Source: a virus
Direction: 5' to 3' (one strand)
Virus record (IMG/VR): IMGVR_UViG_3300005563_000033
Span: 1-64,000 of that record
Length of the DNA stretch: 64,000 bases
Below are positions 8,795 to 17,668 of this stretch, piece after piece (the first letter of the stretch is position 1; each line of letters starts with the position of its first letter). The notes under the pieces are model-generated. The model was given only the letters and a program-made list of their open reading frames with translations. It had not been told where the DNA came from and did not search any database. Both the position numbers and the translations under genes were made by a program.

Positions 8795-9346
8795 ATGACA
8801 GTAGAAGAATTTAAAAAGAAAAAGCCTGAATTAGCTCATTTGGAAGGTGATATGTTGCTTAATGCAATGGAAGATTATGTTTTGCGACAACAGGAGGGGT
8901 ATGCTATTACCAAGATTGTTTTGCCATTTTGGAAGCGATATACTTTTCGCTGGCTGTTTTACAGGAAAACCAAGAATTGGAGTATGCAAAAGGGCGACTA
9001 TACCTCTCCTAAAAGATGTGCCGTATGTAAAAGACCAACCGGGATGCTATGGGGTATTGGCGGCAAACTCTATTGTCACGGTCATGAATATAAGGAAGAA
9101 TTGAATACAAGCGTTAAGCATCGGGTATGGGTTATTTATTGCAAAATTTCTACTATCTTTTGGCTGTCACTGGATTGGCTCCATATAGTGCGATCAACCT
9201 ACGATAGTCGATATGGCATGTTTGGAGATGAGAACCAATATGTGGATCACTGGACAATGAACATGGAAACTGGTGAAATGAAATTCATTCTCAAAAAAAG
9301 AAAATGGTGGCAATATATCTTTGTAGAAAGAAAGTTTAAAATATAA
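8795..9346 (+). CDS. Hypothetical protein (Zn-ribbon-like CAVC...YCHGH)
   Basis: 183-aa ORF. Confidence 0.7.
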   Translation: MTVEEFKKKKPELAHLEGDMLLNAMEDYVLRQQEGYAITKIVLPFWKRYTFRWLFYRKTKNWSMQKGDYTSPKRCAVCKRPTGMLWGIGGKLYCHGHEYKEELNTSVKHRVWVIYCKISTIFWLSLDWLHIVRSTYDSRYGMFGDENQYVDHWTMNMETGEMKFILKKRKWWQYIFVERKFKI

Positions 9347-9358
9347 ATCAAATTAGTT

Positions 9359-9631
9359 ATGGAGCAGACAATTGATCCAATGAGAGATGCGGCGGCTTAT
9401 AGCGTGTCGATAATTGCCAAAATAGTCCCAATTGTGGATGAGTATATTCTTTGCCGAATGAAGATAGACCAACTCAGAACTGAAGGAATGAAAAGGAATC
9501 ACTTAAATGACAGTCATCGACAAATGATCGACACGTTATTTAAACAAGCAGATAACATAAAACTAGATTTGCTTTACGCCCTAGATTCTCCTTTTATGGA
9601 CAACACTAACACATCATTAAGTAAAGCATAA
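9359..9631 (+). CDS. Hypothetical protein
   Basis: 90-aa ORF. Confidence 0.65.
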   Translation: MEQTIDPMRDAAAYSVSIIAKIVPIVDEYILCRMKIDQLRTEGMKRNHLNDSHRQMIDTLFKQADNIKLDLLYALDSPFMDNTNTSLSKA

Positions 9632-9638
9632 AAATGTT

Positions 9639-10016
9639 ATGGAATTCAAAGATTTAATTGGTTGTACTTTAATATCAATAACCGGGGCTACGGTTGGTAG
9701 TGATGTGATAGCGTTTGAAAATTCTGATCATGAAAAATTTGTCTTACATCATCTTCAAGATTGTTGCGAATCAGTTTTGGTAGAAGATATTGAAGGGGAT
9801 ATTCAGTCCTTGATAGGGCATCCATTGACACTGGCAGAAGAAATAACCAGCACCGAGAATCCACCCGGAGTAGTTAAAGAATGGCAATATAGTTACACTT
9901 GGACATTTTATAAACTAGCTACTATTAAAGGATATGTAACTATCCGGTGGTATGGCGAGTCCAATGGGTATTATTCAGAATCTGTTGATTTTGTTCAATT
10001 ATCACCACAACCATGA
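9639..10016 (+). CDS. Conserved phage protein of unknown function
   Basis: H.QDCCESV.VEDI.GD, TWTFYKLATIKGYVTIRWYGESNGYYSESV signature. Confidence 0.85.
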   Translation: MEFKDLIGCTLISITGATVGSDVIAFENSDHEKFVLHHLQDCCESVLVEDIEGDIQSLIGHPLTLAEEITSTENPPGVVKEWQYSYTWTFYKLATIKGYVTIRWYGESNGYYSESVDFVQLSPQP

Positions 10017-10384
10017 AACTCAAAGACCATGAAGAATGGATACGCTACAATGCCCCTCATATGACAGTCTTTGATATGATGGATGAATTGGACGTTAAGG
10101 ATATAAAAGGCTTCCGGGAGTTCTGCAAACGGAATCAGATAGTACCCTTAACTGAGGGAGATAAAAAGCGAAAATACGTACTGGAATTATACCAAACCAA
10201 ATCAAAACAGTTCATTGCCGATAAGTTGAATATAAAAATAGACCGCGTCTCTCAAATATACAATGAACTAGGTATACAGGAGCCTGATTTTACTGCGCCC
10301 AAACCTAAAACCATTGAAAGAAACGGCTTATCTGTACGGCAAATATTCCAACGTTGTCACATTCCTAATGCACGAATAAGATAA
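10013..10384 (+). CDS. Putative HTH-containing protein
   Basis: SKQFIADKLNIKIDRVSQIYNELGI. Confidence 0.6.
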   Translation: MKLKDHEEWIRYNAPHMTVFDMMDELDVKDIKGFREFCKRNQIVPLTEGDKKRKYVLELYQTKSKQFIADKLNIKIDRVSQIYNELGIQEPDFTAPKPKTIERNGLSVRQIFQRCHIPNARIR

Positions 10385-10410
10385 GGCCCCGCTAGACAAC
10401 GGAGCCTTTT
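10383..10410. terminator. Hairpin between convergent genes (probable terminator)
   Basis: AAGGCCCCG-CTAGACAA-CGGAGCCTTTT. Confidence 0.55.
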
Positions 10411-10435
10411 ATATTATACAAAATAAAAAAAGCAA

Positions 10436-10963
10436 TTAAAAACTTACTTGCAGTTTCAGTTGGGTAGAAACCTTGTTAATCATAGTGATGCTTACTGCAA
10501 GGCCGGGGAATACAGTTCCGTCTGGAATGGCCTGAGCGGAACTTCCGGGAGCCGGTGTAGCATTACCCTGGCTGGTGAAATCCATCTTTAAATTAGCCGT
10601 AGTGCCCCCCTGTGGATTTTTCTCCTGCACGTCAATGGTATTGGGAGTAGTAGGATCAATAACAACTGAATCCTGTGTAGGGTCAGCTACGTCAATTACT
10701 GGATTAGAAAGAGTGCCGCTATACACATTGCCAAGATCGTCTACAACTTGAACTAATCCTGTATGCGGTTGCACATCCGTGAGTGTAATACTGTTAATTG
10801 AGGCCATGAGATGATGTTTTATTTTTGATTGAAAAATTACACGAAGTTTGAGCTTATGGTGATGCTTTCGCTTTTTTTTGTCGTCTATAATAATGATTAC
10901 CTTCACCATATACTTCAAAAGTACTAAAATTCCAAGGATAATTATCAAAGTATCTTTAAGCAT
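10436..10963 (-). CDS. Membrane-anchored beta-rich (Ig-like) protein with probable internal start at 10807
   Basis: N-terminal TM segment, K/H-rich stretch, then MASINSITL... beta-rich domain ending QLKLQVSF. Confidence 0.65.
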   Translation of the reverse strand: MLKDTLIIILGILVLLKYMVKVIIIIDDKKKRKHHHKLKLRVIFQSKIKHHLMASINSITLTDVQPHTGLVQVVDDLGNVYSGTLSNPVIDVADPTQDSVVIDPTTPNTIDVQEKNPQGGTTANLKMDFTSQGNATPAPGSSAQAIPDGTVFPGLAVSITMINKVSTQLKLQVSF

Positions 10964-10974
10964 AAGTTATTAAT

Positions 10975-11661
10975 TTATTGCATTTCTGGTACTCCGAAAG
11001 TGATAACCAATCTAACCTTAGATGGTCTTGGCTTACCATTTCTACCAAATTTCATGGGGGAGAAGATTTTATCAACCGGATTACCTCTTTTTATTCTATT
11101 TATTAAAGTTGTGTGGGATATCTTTAAGTGTTTGGCCCAATCTGTAAGCAATTTGGTTTCCCCTTTGTATGTTAACCATTTATTATCCCGCCTATTTCTG
11201 GCTTGTTCTTTTGTAGTGGCCCATTTACAATTATCGGGAGTATAATCCCCGTTAACTTCTTTTCTGTCTACGGAATGCTTCTTTGATGGCCTAGGCCCCA
11301 TATCTTCCAAAAAGTTATCAAAAGATTCAAGCCATCTGTCACAGACTTTTATCCCTCTGCCGCCATAATATTTATAGTCTTGATTTTTAGGGTTTAAGCA
11401 CCTCATTTTAATGTGAATCCAAGTATTGTATTCCGCCCTAAATTGAGAAATAATTGGCTTGCTTTGCCTCTTATTCCTTATTATGCCACATCCACATGAT
11501 GTAGTATGACCCGCCACTACTCTGTTTATATGACCAATAAACTCATTCCCGCATTGGCATAAAAACTTTGCATGCCTATCCCTTTTTGTAGTCTCAACCT
11601 CTTCAATAAATATACACTCTCCAATTTTTTGCCCAGGCATGTAATTAATTCTTGCTCCCAT
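10975..11661 (-). CDS. HNH-family homing-endonuclease-like protein
   Basis: CQCGN..SCGC, YGGRGIKVCDRW, SVDRKEVNGDYTPDNCKWAT. Confidence 0.85.
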   Translation of the reverse strand: MGARINYMPGQKIGECIFIEEVETTKRDRHAKFLCQCGNEFIGHINRVVAGHTTSCGCGIIRNKRQSKPIISQFRAEYNTWIHIKMRCLNPKNQDYKYYGGRGIKVCDRWLESFDNFLEDMGPRPSKKHSVDRKEVNGDYTPDNCKWATTKEQARNRRDNKWLTYKGETKLLTDWAKHLKISHTTLINRIKRGNPVDKIFSPMKFGRNGKPRPSKVRLVITFGVPEMQ

Positions 11662-11743
11662 ATTTTATTTTTTTAACATATTAAAAGTGCCCTGCACCAC
11701 CTTTTACACCTTCCCCGGTCTCTTTATGGCCGGGGGTTTTTAT

Positions 11744-12202
11744 TTACCATTCCACCCTCCAACTCTGCAGGACATGGGATAGGGTGTCTTTCTTGTTGTA
11801 GGTCAATCGATTAATCATCTCGACGGGAACCAATTCATTATAATCGTAGCCCTTTATTCTCACCCAGCGGTATTCCTTCCTCCACACTTCCCAGGCTTTA
11901 AACTTCCGTACATGCACCTCCGTACTGTCGTCAAATCCAAATGCCCAAATTGAATCTTCCACCACTCTGCTATATTTGAAGGAACTATCCCATTCCAGAT
12001 GAGCGCCATACGCTATTTTATAATTGAACTTGTACACCTCTGCTATGATCTTGAGGGTGTCGTATTGGGTGGCGGGAAGATCGGAGGAGCCCGTCAAGGC
12101 CCTTCTGGCGCTGTCCGATAAATCTTTCAGGTTGAGGGTTCCCATTTGGGTATGGCCAGCTATGGTGGCCAGCAATAACAGGGTGGTGAGAAGTTTTTTC
12201 AT
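11744..12202 (-). CDS. Secreted protein (Sec signal peptide)
   Basis: MKKLLTTLLLLATIAGHT|Q. Confidence 0.75.
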   Translation of the reverse strand: MKKLLTTLLLLATIAGHTQMGTLNLKDLSDSARRALTGSSDLPATQYDTLKIIAEVYKFNYKIAYGAHLEWDSSFKYSRVVEDSIWAFGFDDSTEVHVRKFKAWEVWRKEYRWVRIKGYDYNELVPVEMINRLTYNKKDTLSHVLQSWRVEW

Positions 12203-12207
12203 TTCTT

Positions 12208-12651
12208 TCAGTTATAAGTATGATTACATTTCCAGATGGAGTCGGCTATTTGCTTTTTTCTTTGAAGCGTGTCTGGATTACGAGTCCATCGAGCATATGC
12301 TAATAACGCACTGTCCTTGGCGGCAAATTGAAACTCGCTTCCTGCTAAAGAAACATCAAGGGTATCGGGCAACTCTTTTTCATCCATCCAAACCCAATCG
12401 CCTGCTACGGGTCCTCCTATAGGAGGACCCGCATGAACACTAAAAAATGGCCCTCCAAAATATATATTATTGAACGTGAATGTATCTTTAACTGGCCCAT
12501 ATTTATCTATACCTGTTTGGATGGCCCACTTATGGTTACATTCGTTGTAGACTGCTTTTACTTGTCGAGTAACATTGTGAGATGGTTTAACCGGCGCACT
12601 GTCTTTGCAAGACGCCACCAACAAAACAAATGCTAATAATAAATACTTCAT
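12208..12651 (-). CDS. Lipoprotein
   Basis: MKYLLLAFVLLVAS-C lipobox. Confidence 0.8.
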   Translation of the reverse strand: MKYLLLAFVLLVASCKDSAPVKPSHNVTRQVKAVYNECNHKWAIQTGIDKYGPVKDTFTFNNIYFGGPFFSVHAGPPIGGPVAGDWVWMDEKELPDTLDVSLAGSEFQFAAKDSALLAYARWTRNPDTLQRKKQIADSIWKCNHTYN

Positions 12652-12674
12652 GTTTTTTATTTAAAGCCTCTCGG

Positions 12675-13421
12675 CTAGGTTAAGAGTTGGGGGTATTTCG
12701 AGAGAAGTTCTTTTGTTTCCTGGGCAAATCCGCTGAGGCTATGTATTTGAGGATCGAACTTTCGCCAGTCGTCCAAGGCCTTTCGGTATTGCTTTATTTC
12801 CTCCTGCATCTTGTGGTACATGGCTATGGCTCCTTTCGCCCATCCGCGTTGTTCGCCCACTTCGCTGGCATAATCTTCCGGATCAAGACCTACATCCACC
12901 TTTGGTTTATTTTCCTTTATCCAGTCTTTTATCTCCTCCGGTATCTCTCCCTGCTTTGTTTGCCTATCAAAATCCTCCTGGCTCATTCCGGCTTCTGATG
13001 CCATTTGTCGGGTTTCGATGCGGGCGCATTCGGGGCATTCATCGTTATAAGGAAGATCATGAGCTTCGCAATAATCATCGAAGCCGTTCTGCTTGGCTCG
13101 TTCTCGCATCTCCCAGACCGTCGGCTGGACTACGGGGGAGGATGTTTCCTTCCATTGAGCCGCATATGCTTCCATTGCCTCCAACACCTGTGCCGTCTTG
13201 AAGTATGCCTTTCCTTTTTCTATGAAGCCATGCTTTTTAAGCATCTCCCTATAAATATCCTCAGCAGATTTTTTAGGCTCCTGTATGTTGGGGGTGGGTT
13301 GGGGCTGTCTCATTTTCCCTGTTCCAATGATGTGACGCTTACCACTCATGTCTACCCCACAGGGATCGCAGTCTTTGTACTCGTTACCTTCTTCATCGTA
13401 ATAAAAAATGTTATTGGGCAT
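12675..13421 (-). CDS. Mosaic hypothetical protein
   Basis: 248-aa ORF built of short modules (EAMEAYAAQ; CEAH..CPEC). Confidence 0.75.
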   Translation of the reverse strand: MPNNIFYYDEEGNEYKDCDPCGVDMSGKRHIIGTGKMRQPQPTPNIQEPKKSAEDIYREMLKKHGFIEKGKAYFKTAQVLEAMEAYAAQWKETSSPVVQPTVWEMRERAKQNGFDDYCEAHDLPYNDECPECARIETRQMASEAGMSQEDFDRQTKQGEIPEEIKDWIKENKPKVDVGLDPEDYASEVGEQRGWAKGAIAMYHKMQEEIKQYRKALDDWRKFDPQIHSLSGFAQETKELLSKYPQLLT

Positions 13422-13488
13422 ACTTTGTTTTTTTAGGTTATCTCATTCCATCCCTGCTAGGGGTAGATGTCTATTAGGGGGGGGGGTG

Positions 13489-13704
13489 CTAAGGCTCCCA
13501 TTCGTTATCTGGGAAGTCCTCGGGTTTAATATTAATCTTGTGAATTTTCTTTATCTGACCGACCGGGATGCAAAACTCCTTCAGGAACTTCCGATAGCCC
13601 ATTTCGTCCCATGTCTCTCGATTAAAGAATAAATCCATCCAGTCGTGAAACTCTATGATCACTACAGGGATAGTGCCGGGGCCTTTAACATTTTTATAGC
13701 TCAT
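13489..13704 (-). CDS. Hypothetical protein
   Basis: 71-aa ORF. Confidence 0.6.
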   Translation of the reverse strand: MSYKNVKGPGTIPVVIIEFHDWMDLFFNRETWDEMGYRKFLKEFCIPVGQIKKIHKINIKPEDFPDNEWEP

Positions 13705-13716
13705 ATTGCTGTTTAT

Positions 13717-13965
13717 TTACTTGGTGGATGGGTTGTTACGCTCCCTTTTGAATATTTCATATATCTCTGCCGTGGTTCGCTTCGTGTGGCGGCCAACTTT
13801 CCAAATACCGTTTCCTGCATAATGCCCCCAGTTTTTGCCATCCATCCACTCCGCAAAAGCAATCGCATTCTTCTCATTCTCCTCTTTTAGCAGCCTATAA
13901 GATTCCCTTAAGACCTTTATCTCTTCATCTTTATCGGCGGGGGTGGATAGATTGTCTGTATTCAT
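13717..13965 (-). CDS. Hypothetical protein
   Basis: Paralogous module to 3700..4020. Confidence 0.7.
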   Translation of the reverse strand: MNTDNLSTPADKDEEIKVLRESYRLLKEENEKNAIAFAEWMDGKNWGHYAGNGIWKVGRHTKRTTAEIYEIFKRERNNPSTK

Positions 13966-14387
13966 GCGTTTTGTTTTATTTGCACATTATCGGGGATTCT
14001 TATTTCAAATATTCCTTGATATGGACCAGACACATAGTAATGCCTGAATTCAAAATCTCTACTGAAATAGCGCCAGTCCTTAAGAAGAAGAGACTTTCTA
14101 TCAGGGTGCCATTCGATGCAAGCCGCCTGTTCATCTTCTTTGAGCATGGGACGGCCGTCATAGATATTCACAATGCAAAGAGCTTTCCCCGCATTTTTGC
14201 TGACCGAATTTGTCTTCCCGCAGCAGATAACAATATCTCCACGGTATTTAAACAACCTTCCCATGCGCGTCTCTATCGTCTTTTTCTGAATCTTTACCCA
14301 TTCTGCATAATGTGCCCCGGGATAGTCATTCAATATAATTGCCTTATAGATTCTTTCTTCCGGGGTGGATAGATTGGGGGTGTTCAT
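13962..14387 (-). CDS. ASCH/PUA-like domain protein
   Basis: YAEWV...KKTIETR...YRGDIVICCGK...GKALCIV...GPYQGIF. Confidence 0.8.
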   Translation of the reverse strand: MNTPNLSTPEERIYKAIILNDYPGAHYAEWVKIQKKTIETRMGRLFKYRGDIVICCGKTNSVSKNAGKALCIVNIYDGRPMLKEDEQAACIEWHPDRKSLLLKDWRYFSRDFEFRHYYVSGPYQGIFEIRIPDNVQIKQNA

Positions 14388-14399
14388 GATGGTTGGGTT

Positions 14400-14675
14400 T
14401 TATTGTTTATTCCATTTTATTTTAAATGCATAATCCATAGCGCCTATAAAATAGGTCATACTATCTCTCGATACCTTGTATTTTGAAATGGACGCCGAAT
14501 CTCCCATTATATTTCCGCGCATGTATTTAAGACTGGAATCATAATTTCTACTATATCCAGAAATAGCTTCAGTGAAATAGTCCTTATGCTGGGCAACAGG
14601 CCGATCACAGGAAAGAGTATTCATGCAAATGAGAATAAATAAAACAGATCGGGATAGTTCGTTGGGGATTGTCAT
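14400..14675 (-). CDS. Putative lipoprotein
   Basis: Hydrophobic stretch followed by TLS-C. Confidence 0.6.
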   Translation of the reverse strand: MTIPNELSRSVLFILICMNTLSCDRPVAQHKDYFTEAISGYSRNYDSSLKYMRGNIMGDSASISKYKVSRDSMTYFIGAMDYAFKIKWNKQ

Positions 14676-14947
14676 TGTTGTGTTTTTTCTTGCAATGATT
14701 GTATTTCGTCATTCCATATATCTAGGGCACAGCAAATGGTTTCTTTATCCAAAGAACCCCATACATCCTCTAATCTATGGCCTATTTTGTATTTCGTGGG
14801 GTCATAACCACATTTACAGACTACCCATACGTCGCAGGTATCTATTGCGCATTGTTCCGAATGGGCCGTAAATTCGGTATTATTCCCGCATTTAGGGCAC
14901 TTCTCAATCTGCGTGTTTTCTTTTAGATTAAACTTTTTTGTTCCCAT
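14672..14947 (-). CDS. Zn-ribbon hypothetical protein
   Basis: CPKCGN...VVCKCG. Confidence 0.7.
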   Translation of the reverse strand: MGTKKFNLKENTQIEKCPKCGNNTEFTAHSEQCAIDTCDVWVVCKCGYDPTKYKIGHRLEDVWGSLDKETICCALDIWNDEIQSLQEKTQQ

Positions 14948-15158
14948 CTTTAATAGAGTTTTGAATAATACTTCCCCCTTGTTGTATATAGTTATCTACG
15001 GCTTTTCGGAAATCTTCTATGGTCTGGTATGGAGTACCTTTCCAAACTATTCGGCCGTCTTTATCTTTTTCTCCACGGAATCCGCGATAATCCACGAAAA
15101 ATGCATGTAAAAGCCGTTGAAAACTATTGCCTAGATCAGTCTTTCTCATTTTATACAT
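14928..15158 (-). CDS. Hypothetical protein
   Basis: 76-aa ORF overlapping both neighbours. Confidence 0.6.
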   Translation of the reverse strand: MYKMRKTDLGNSFQRLLHAFFVDYRGFRGEKDKDGRIVWKGTPYQTIEDFRKAVDNYIQQGGSIIQNSIKDGNKKV

Positions 15159-15666
15159 TTTTTAATACGCTCTTCCAAGCCCTTTTGCCTTTAATGTCCC
15201 ATATTCTATTAAAACTTATATTATAGAGCTTAGATAGCTCTTTATATGATTTTTTTGAATTATATATCTCAATAACTTCCCTTTCTGACAGCCTAGACAT
15301 ATTGTTTTTCGAACCGTTTTGATCTCTATTTCGGCCCCTAACTTTTCTGTCTATATTATTCTGTCTTGGGGTTCCCAAAACTAGGTGTAATGGGTTAATA
15401 CACTTTCTGTTATCGCATGTGTGCCTAATAACTTTACCTTTGGGTATTTTCCCTTTGGCAAAAGTGTATGCAAATCGAGAGGCACGCCATCTAATGCCGT
15501 TAACGCTTACGTATGGATATCCATCACCATTACAAGCGTGTGAGACGCAAATATGACAACCCTCGCTGGATATAATATATAAAATTGGCGTGCGTTTAGG
15601 GCCTTTTTTATTTTCTTCCGAATGCCATTTACTATAATCCAGTGTAAGTTTTTTTATTTGTGTCAT
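15151..15666 (-). CDS. HNH endonuclease with C-terminal HTH
   Basis: VIRHTCDNRKCINPLHLVLGTPRQNNID. Confidence 0.9.
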   Translation of the reverse strand: MTQIKKLTLDYSKWHSEENKKGPKRTPILYIISSEGCHICVSHACNGDGYPYVSVNGIRWRASRFAYTFAKGKIPKGKVIRHTCDNRKCINPLHLVLGTPRQNNIDRKVRGRNRDQNGSKNNMSRLSEREVIEIYNSKKSYKELSKLYNISFNRIWDIKGKRAWKSVLKNV

Positions 15667-15878
15667 ATTTTTATTATTTCAAGTTTAGAATTATCACTTT
15701 CTTTCATTTCTGATAGGGCCATACCCAGATGGTCTTCTGCTAGTGACTTGTCGCCAAATGAAGTTCCATTTTCGCGCAACCCTTCGTAAGATATCGCCCA
15801 TCCATGCATCTTTGTACGTTGAAACCTAGCAAAATATCTGTATCTATTATATACTAGTTTAGAAATTAGGTAACTCAT
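15663..15878 (-). CDS. Hypothetical protein
   Basis: 71-aa ORF with ATGA overlaps. Confidence 0.6.
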   Translation of the reverse strand: MSYLISKLVYNRYRYFARFQRTKMHGWAISYEGLRENGTSFGDKSLAEDHLGMALSEMKESDNSKLEIIKI

Positions 15879-16039
15879 TTAGTGGCTTTTTGTTTGTGGA
15901 TTGGATTTCGACATTTTTTGCCCACAGCATAAAACCAGCCACAATTACATTTTTTCCAGCATTTGCATTCTTTCATCCCTTTGCCGCATTTAACACATTT
16001 TACAGTGCTATCTATCATTTTTTCTAAAGGACTTGGCAT
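15875..16039 (-). CDS. Small Cys-rich protein, 54 aa
   Basis: Translated by hand: MPSPLEKMIDSTVKCVKCGKGMKECKCWKKCNCGWFYAVGKKCRNPIHKQKATK. Confidence 0.6.
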   Translation of the reverse strand: MPSPLEKMIDSTVKCVKCGKGMKECKCWKKCNCGWFYAVGKKCRNPIHKQKATK

Positions 16040-16570
16040 TTATTTAAGGTTTTTAAGTTTATTCTCGTATTCCAGAATCATTTGCCTAAGCTCTTCTCGG
16101 CTCCAACGGTGAATTATTTTAGACTCTTCTAGCAATATTTCCGTTATCCCGGGGTGGTCTTCCTCAAGTCTTTTACCATACTCAGCTTGTAGGCCGTATT
16201 TAAATCTGTTATCCGTTCTGGATTGGGGACGAATATTGCGAAGATCAAACCTCAAATACATGCAATTCCTTGATATATAGTGCCCTGCATCAAGTTCTGA
16301 AGGTTTAAATCGCTTACGAGAAGTATAACATTCAACCAGTCCATCGAGCCCTACTGCACTATATCTAACCCATTTGCTTACTAATGAATCCAGCCTTGTA
16401 ATAAGCTCCGAAAGCCCTTCGTCTTTCGCCAACTCTCGTTCTTCCCTGGCATAAAAATCTTCTACCTTTGCGCACTGCTGACAGCGTTTTTTCGAAAACC
16501 ATTGACAAGGACGCCCACAGTTGACACAGATTTTCTCCCTGATTCTTATTGTTGAATTATGCCTTAGCAT
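16040..16570 (-). CDS. ninG: NinG/Rap-like recombination endonuclease
   Basis: LD..VSKWVR...ECYT...DAGHYISR...LRFDLRNI.PQ...N. Confidence 0.8.
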   Translation of the reverse strand: MLRHNSTIRIREKICVNCGRPCQWFSKKRCQQCAKVEDFYAREERELAKDEGLSELITRLDSLVSKWVRYSAVGLDGLVECYTSRKRFKPSELDAGHYISRNCMYLRFDLRNIRPQSRTDNRFKYGLQAEYGKRLEEDHPGITEILLEESKIIHRWSREELRQMILEYENKLKNLK

Positions 16571-16715
16571 TATGCCTATTTAATAATTGAAGGGCGCGGG
16601 TTGTGTAGTCGTAAAGGTTAATTTCTTTCTCTACACATATTTTCCTAGACTCTTTTACAACATCCTTTTCGGCCTTGATGGATGCTAATTCCGGCTTCTT
16701 TTTCTTTTTAATCAT
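16557..16715 (-). CDS. Putative RHH regulator, 52 aa
   Basis: Translated by hand: MIKKKKKPELASIKAEKDVVKESRKICVEKEINLYDYTTRALQLLN...; divergent from the sigma gene; TATATTCG box 3 nt upstream. Confidence 0.55.
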   Translation of the reverse strand: MIKKKKKPELASIKAEKDVVKESRKICVEKEINLYDYTTRALQLLNRHNAKA

Positions 16716-16806
16716 AAGCGAATATACAAACTTTGTAGAAAAGTAGAAAAATATTTGTTTTTTATTTTTTCAGCCATTACCTTCACAAAACAAATTCCTT
16801 ATCACA

Positions 16807-17277
16807 GTGGACAGAGAGCGTTTCAAAGAGGTCTATGAAGAGCATTATATAAAGATGCTCAGATATGCCAGAACAATGGTGCATGATCTGGATACGGCCC
16901 ATGACTTAGTGCTTGACGTTTTTCTGTTGTATCATAAGAATGCAGACATTGTTAAGTACGACGAAGTTTGGTTAATACGGGCCACCAGAAATTTATGCAT
17001 AGACCATCTTAGAAGGGTAAAGTTGCATAGAATAATGGAGGATACAATAGAATTAGAAGAGTGGGAGCCTTTCAAATGTAAAATTATCGAAGCGGAAGTA
17101 GGATACAATCTATCAAAAGAAATAAGTAAATTTCCTCCCAGATGCAGCCGTATTGTAACTTTATTTTTGAAGGGGCTTAATAGCAAACAGATAGGGGAAA
17201 GGTTGGGGATATCTTCACAAACAGCTAACAATCAGTACTCAATAGCTGTTAAAAAACTAAGATCACAATTACATTAA
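16807..17277 (+). CDS. ECF-type sigma-70 factor
   Basis: Region 2 (AHDLVLDVFL..WLIRATRNLCIDHLRR) and region 4 (FPPRC..GLNSKQIGERLGISSQTANNQ..AVKKLR). Confidence 0.85.
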   Translation: MDRERFKEVYEEHYIKMLRYARTMVHDLDTAHDLVLDVFLLYHKNADIVKYDEVWLIRATRNLCIDHLRRVKLHRIMEDTIELEEWEPFKCKIIEAEVGYNLSKEISKFPPRCSRIVTLFLKGLNSKQIGERLGISSQTANNQYSIAVKKLRSQLH

Positions 17278-17278
17278 T

Positions 17279-17668
17279 ATGGCCAAAAGAAAAGTAGCGG
17301 CCACATCCAGAGCCGCATACGACAGTCTTACAGCAGACAAGCTAAGAGAAGATTACAAAAAGATCATGTCTGCGCTTTCGGTGCTTGGTGAGGCAACTTC
17401 AGAACAGATAGCCGGTAAGCTGAAATGTAAGCCAGATAAGGTATGGAAGCGTTTATCTGAACTAAAAAAGGCAGATGTTTTATACAAACCTGGCAACCGC
17501 CGCCCTCTTAAATCCGGCTGCATGGGATTTACTTGGGCGCTAACTGAGAAGGGGAAGCAGATAGTAGAGTCTTCTCAAGAATTACTCCCTGGACAGACAG
17601 TTCAAGACTTTTCAAGAGCATTCAACCAGCCATCACAATCTAATAATACAATTAATAGGTTATTTTGA
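17279..17668 (+). CDS. Winged-helix DNA-binding protein
   Basis: TSRAAY..ATSEQIAGKL..VWKRLSELKKA. Confidence 0.75.
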   Translation: MAKRKVAATSRAAYDSLTADKLREDYKKIMSALSVLGEATSEQIAGKLKCKPDKVWKRLSELKKADVLYKPGNRRPLKSGCMGFTWALTEKGKQIVESSQELLPGQTVQDFSRAFNQPSQSNNTINRLF

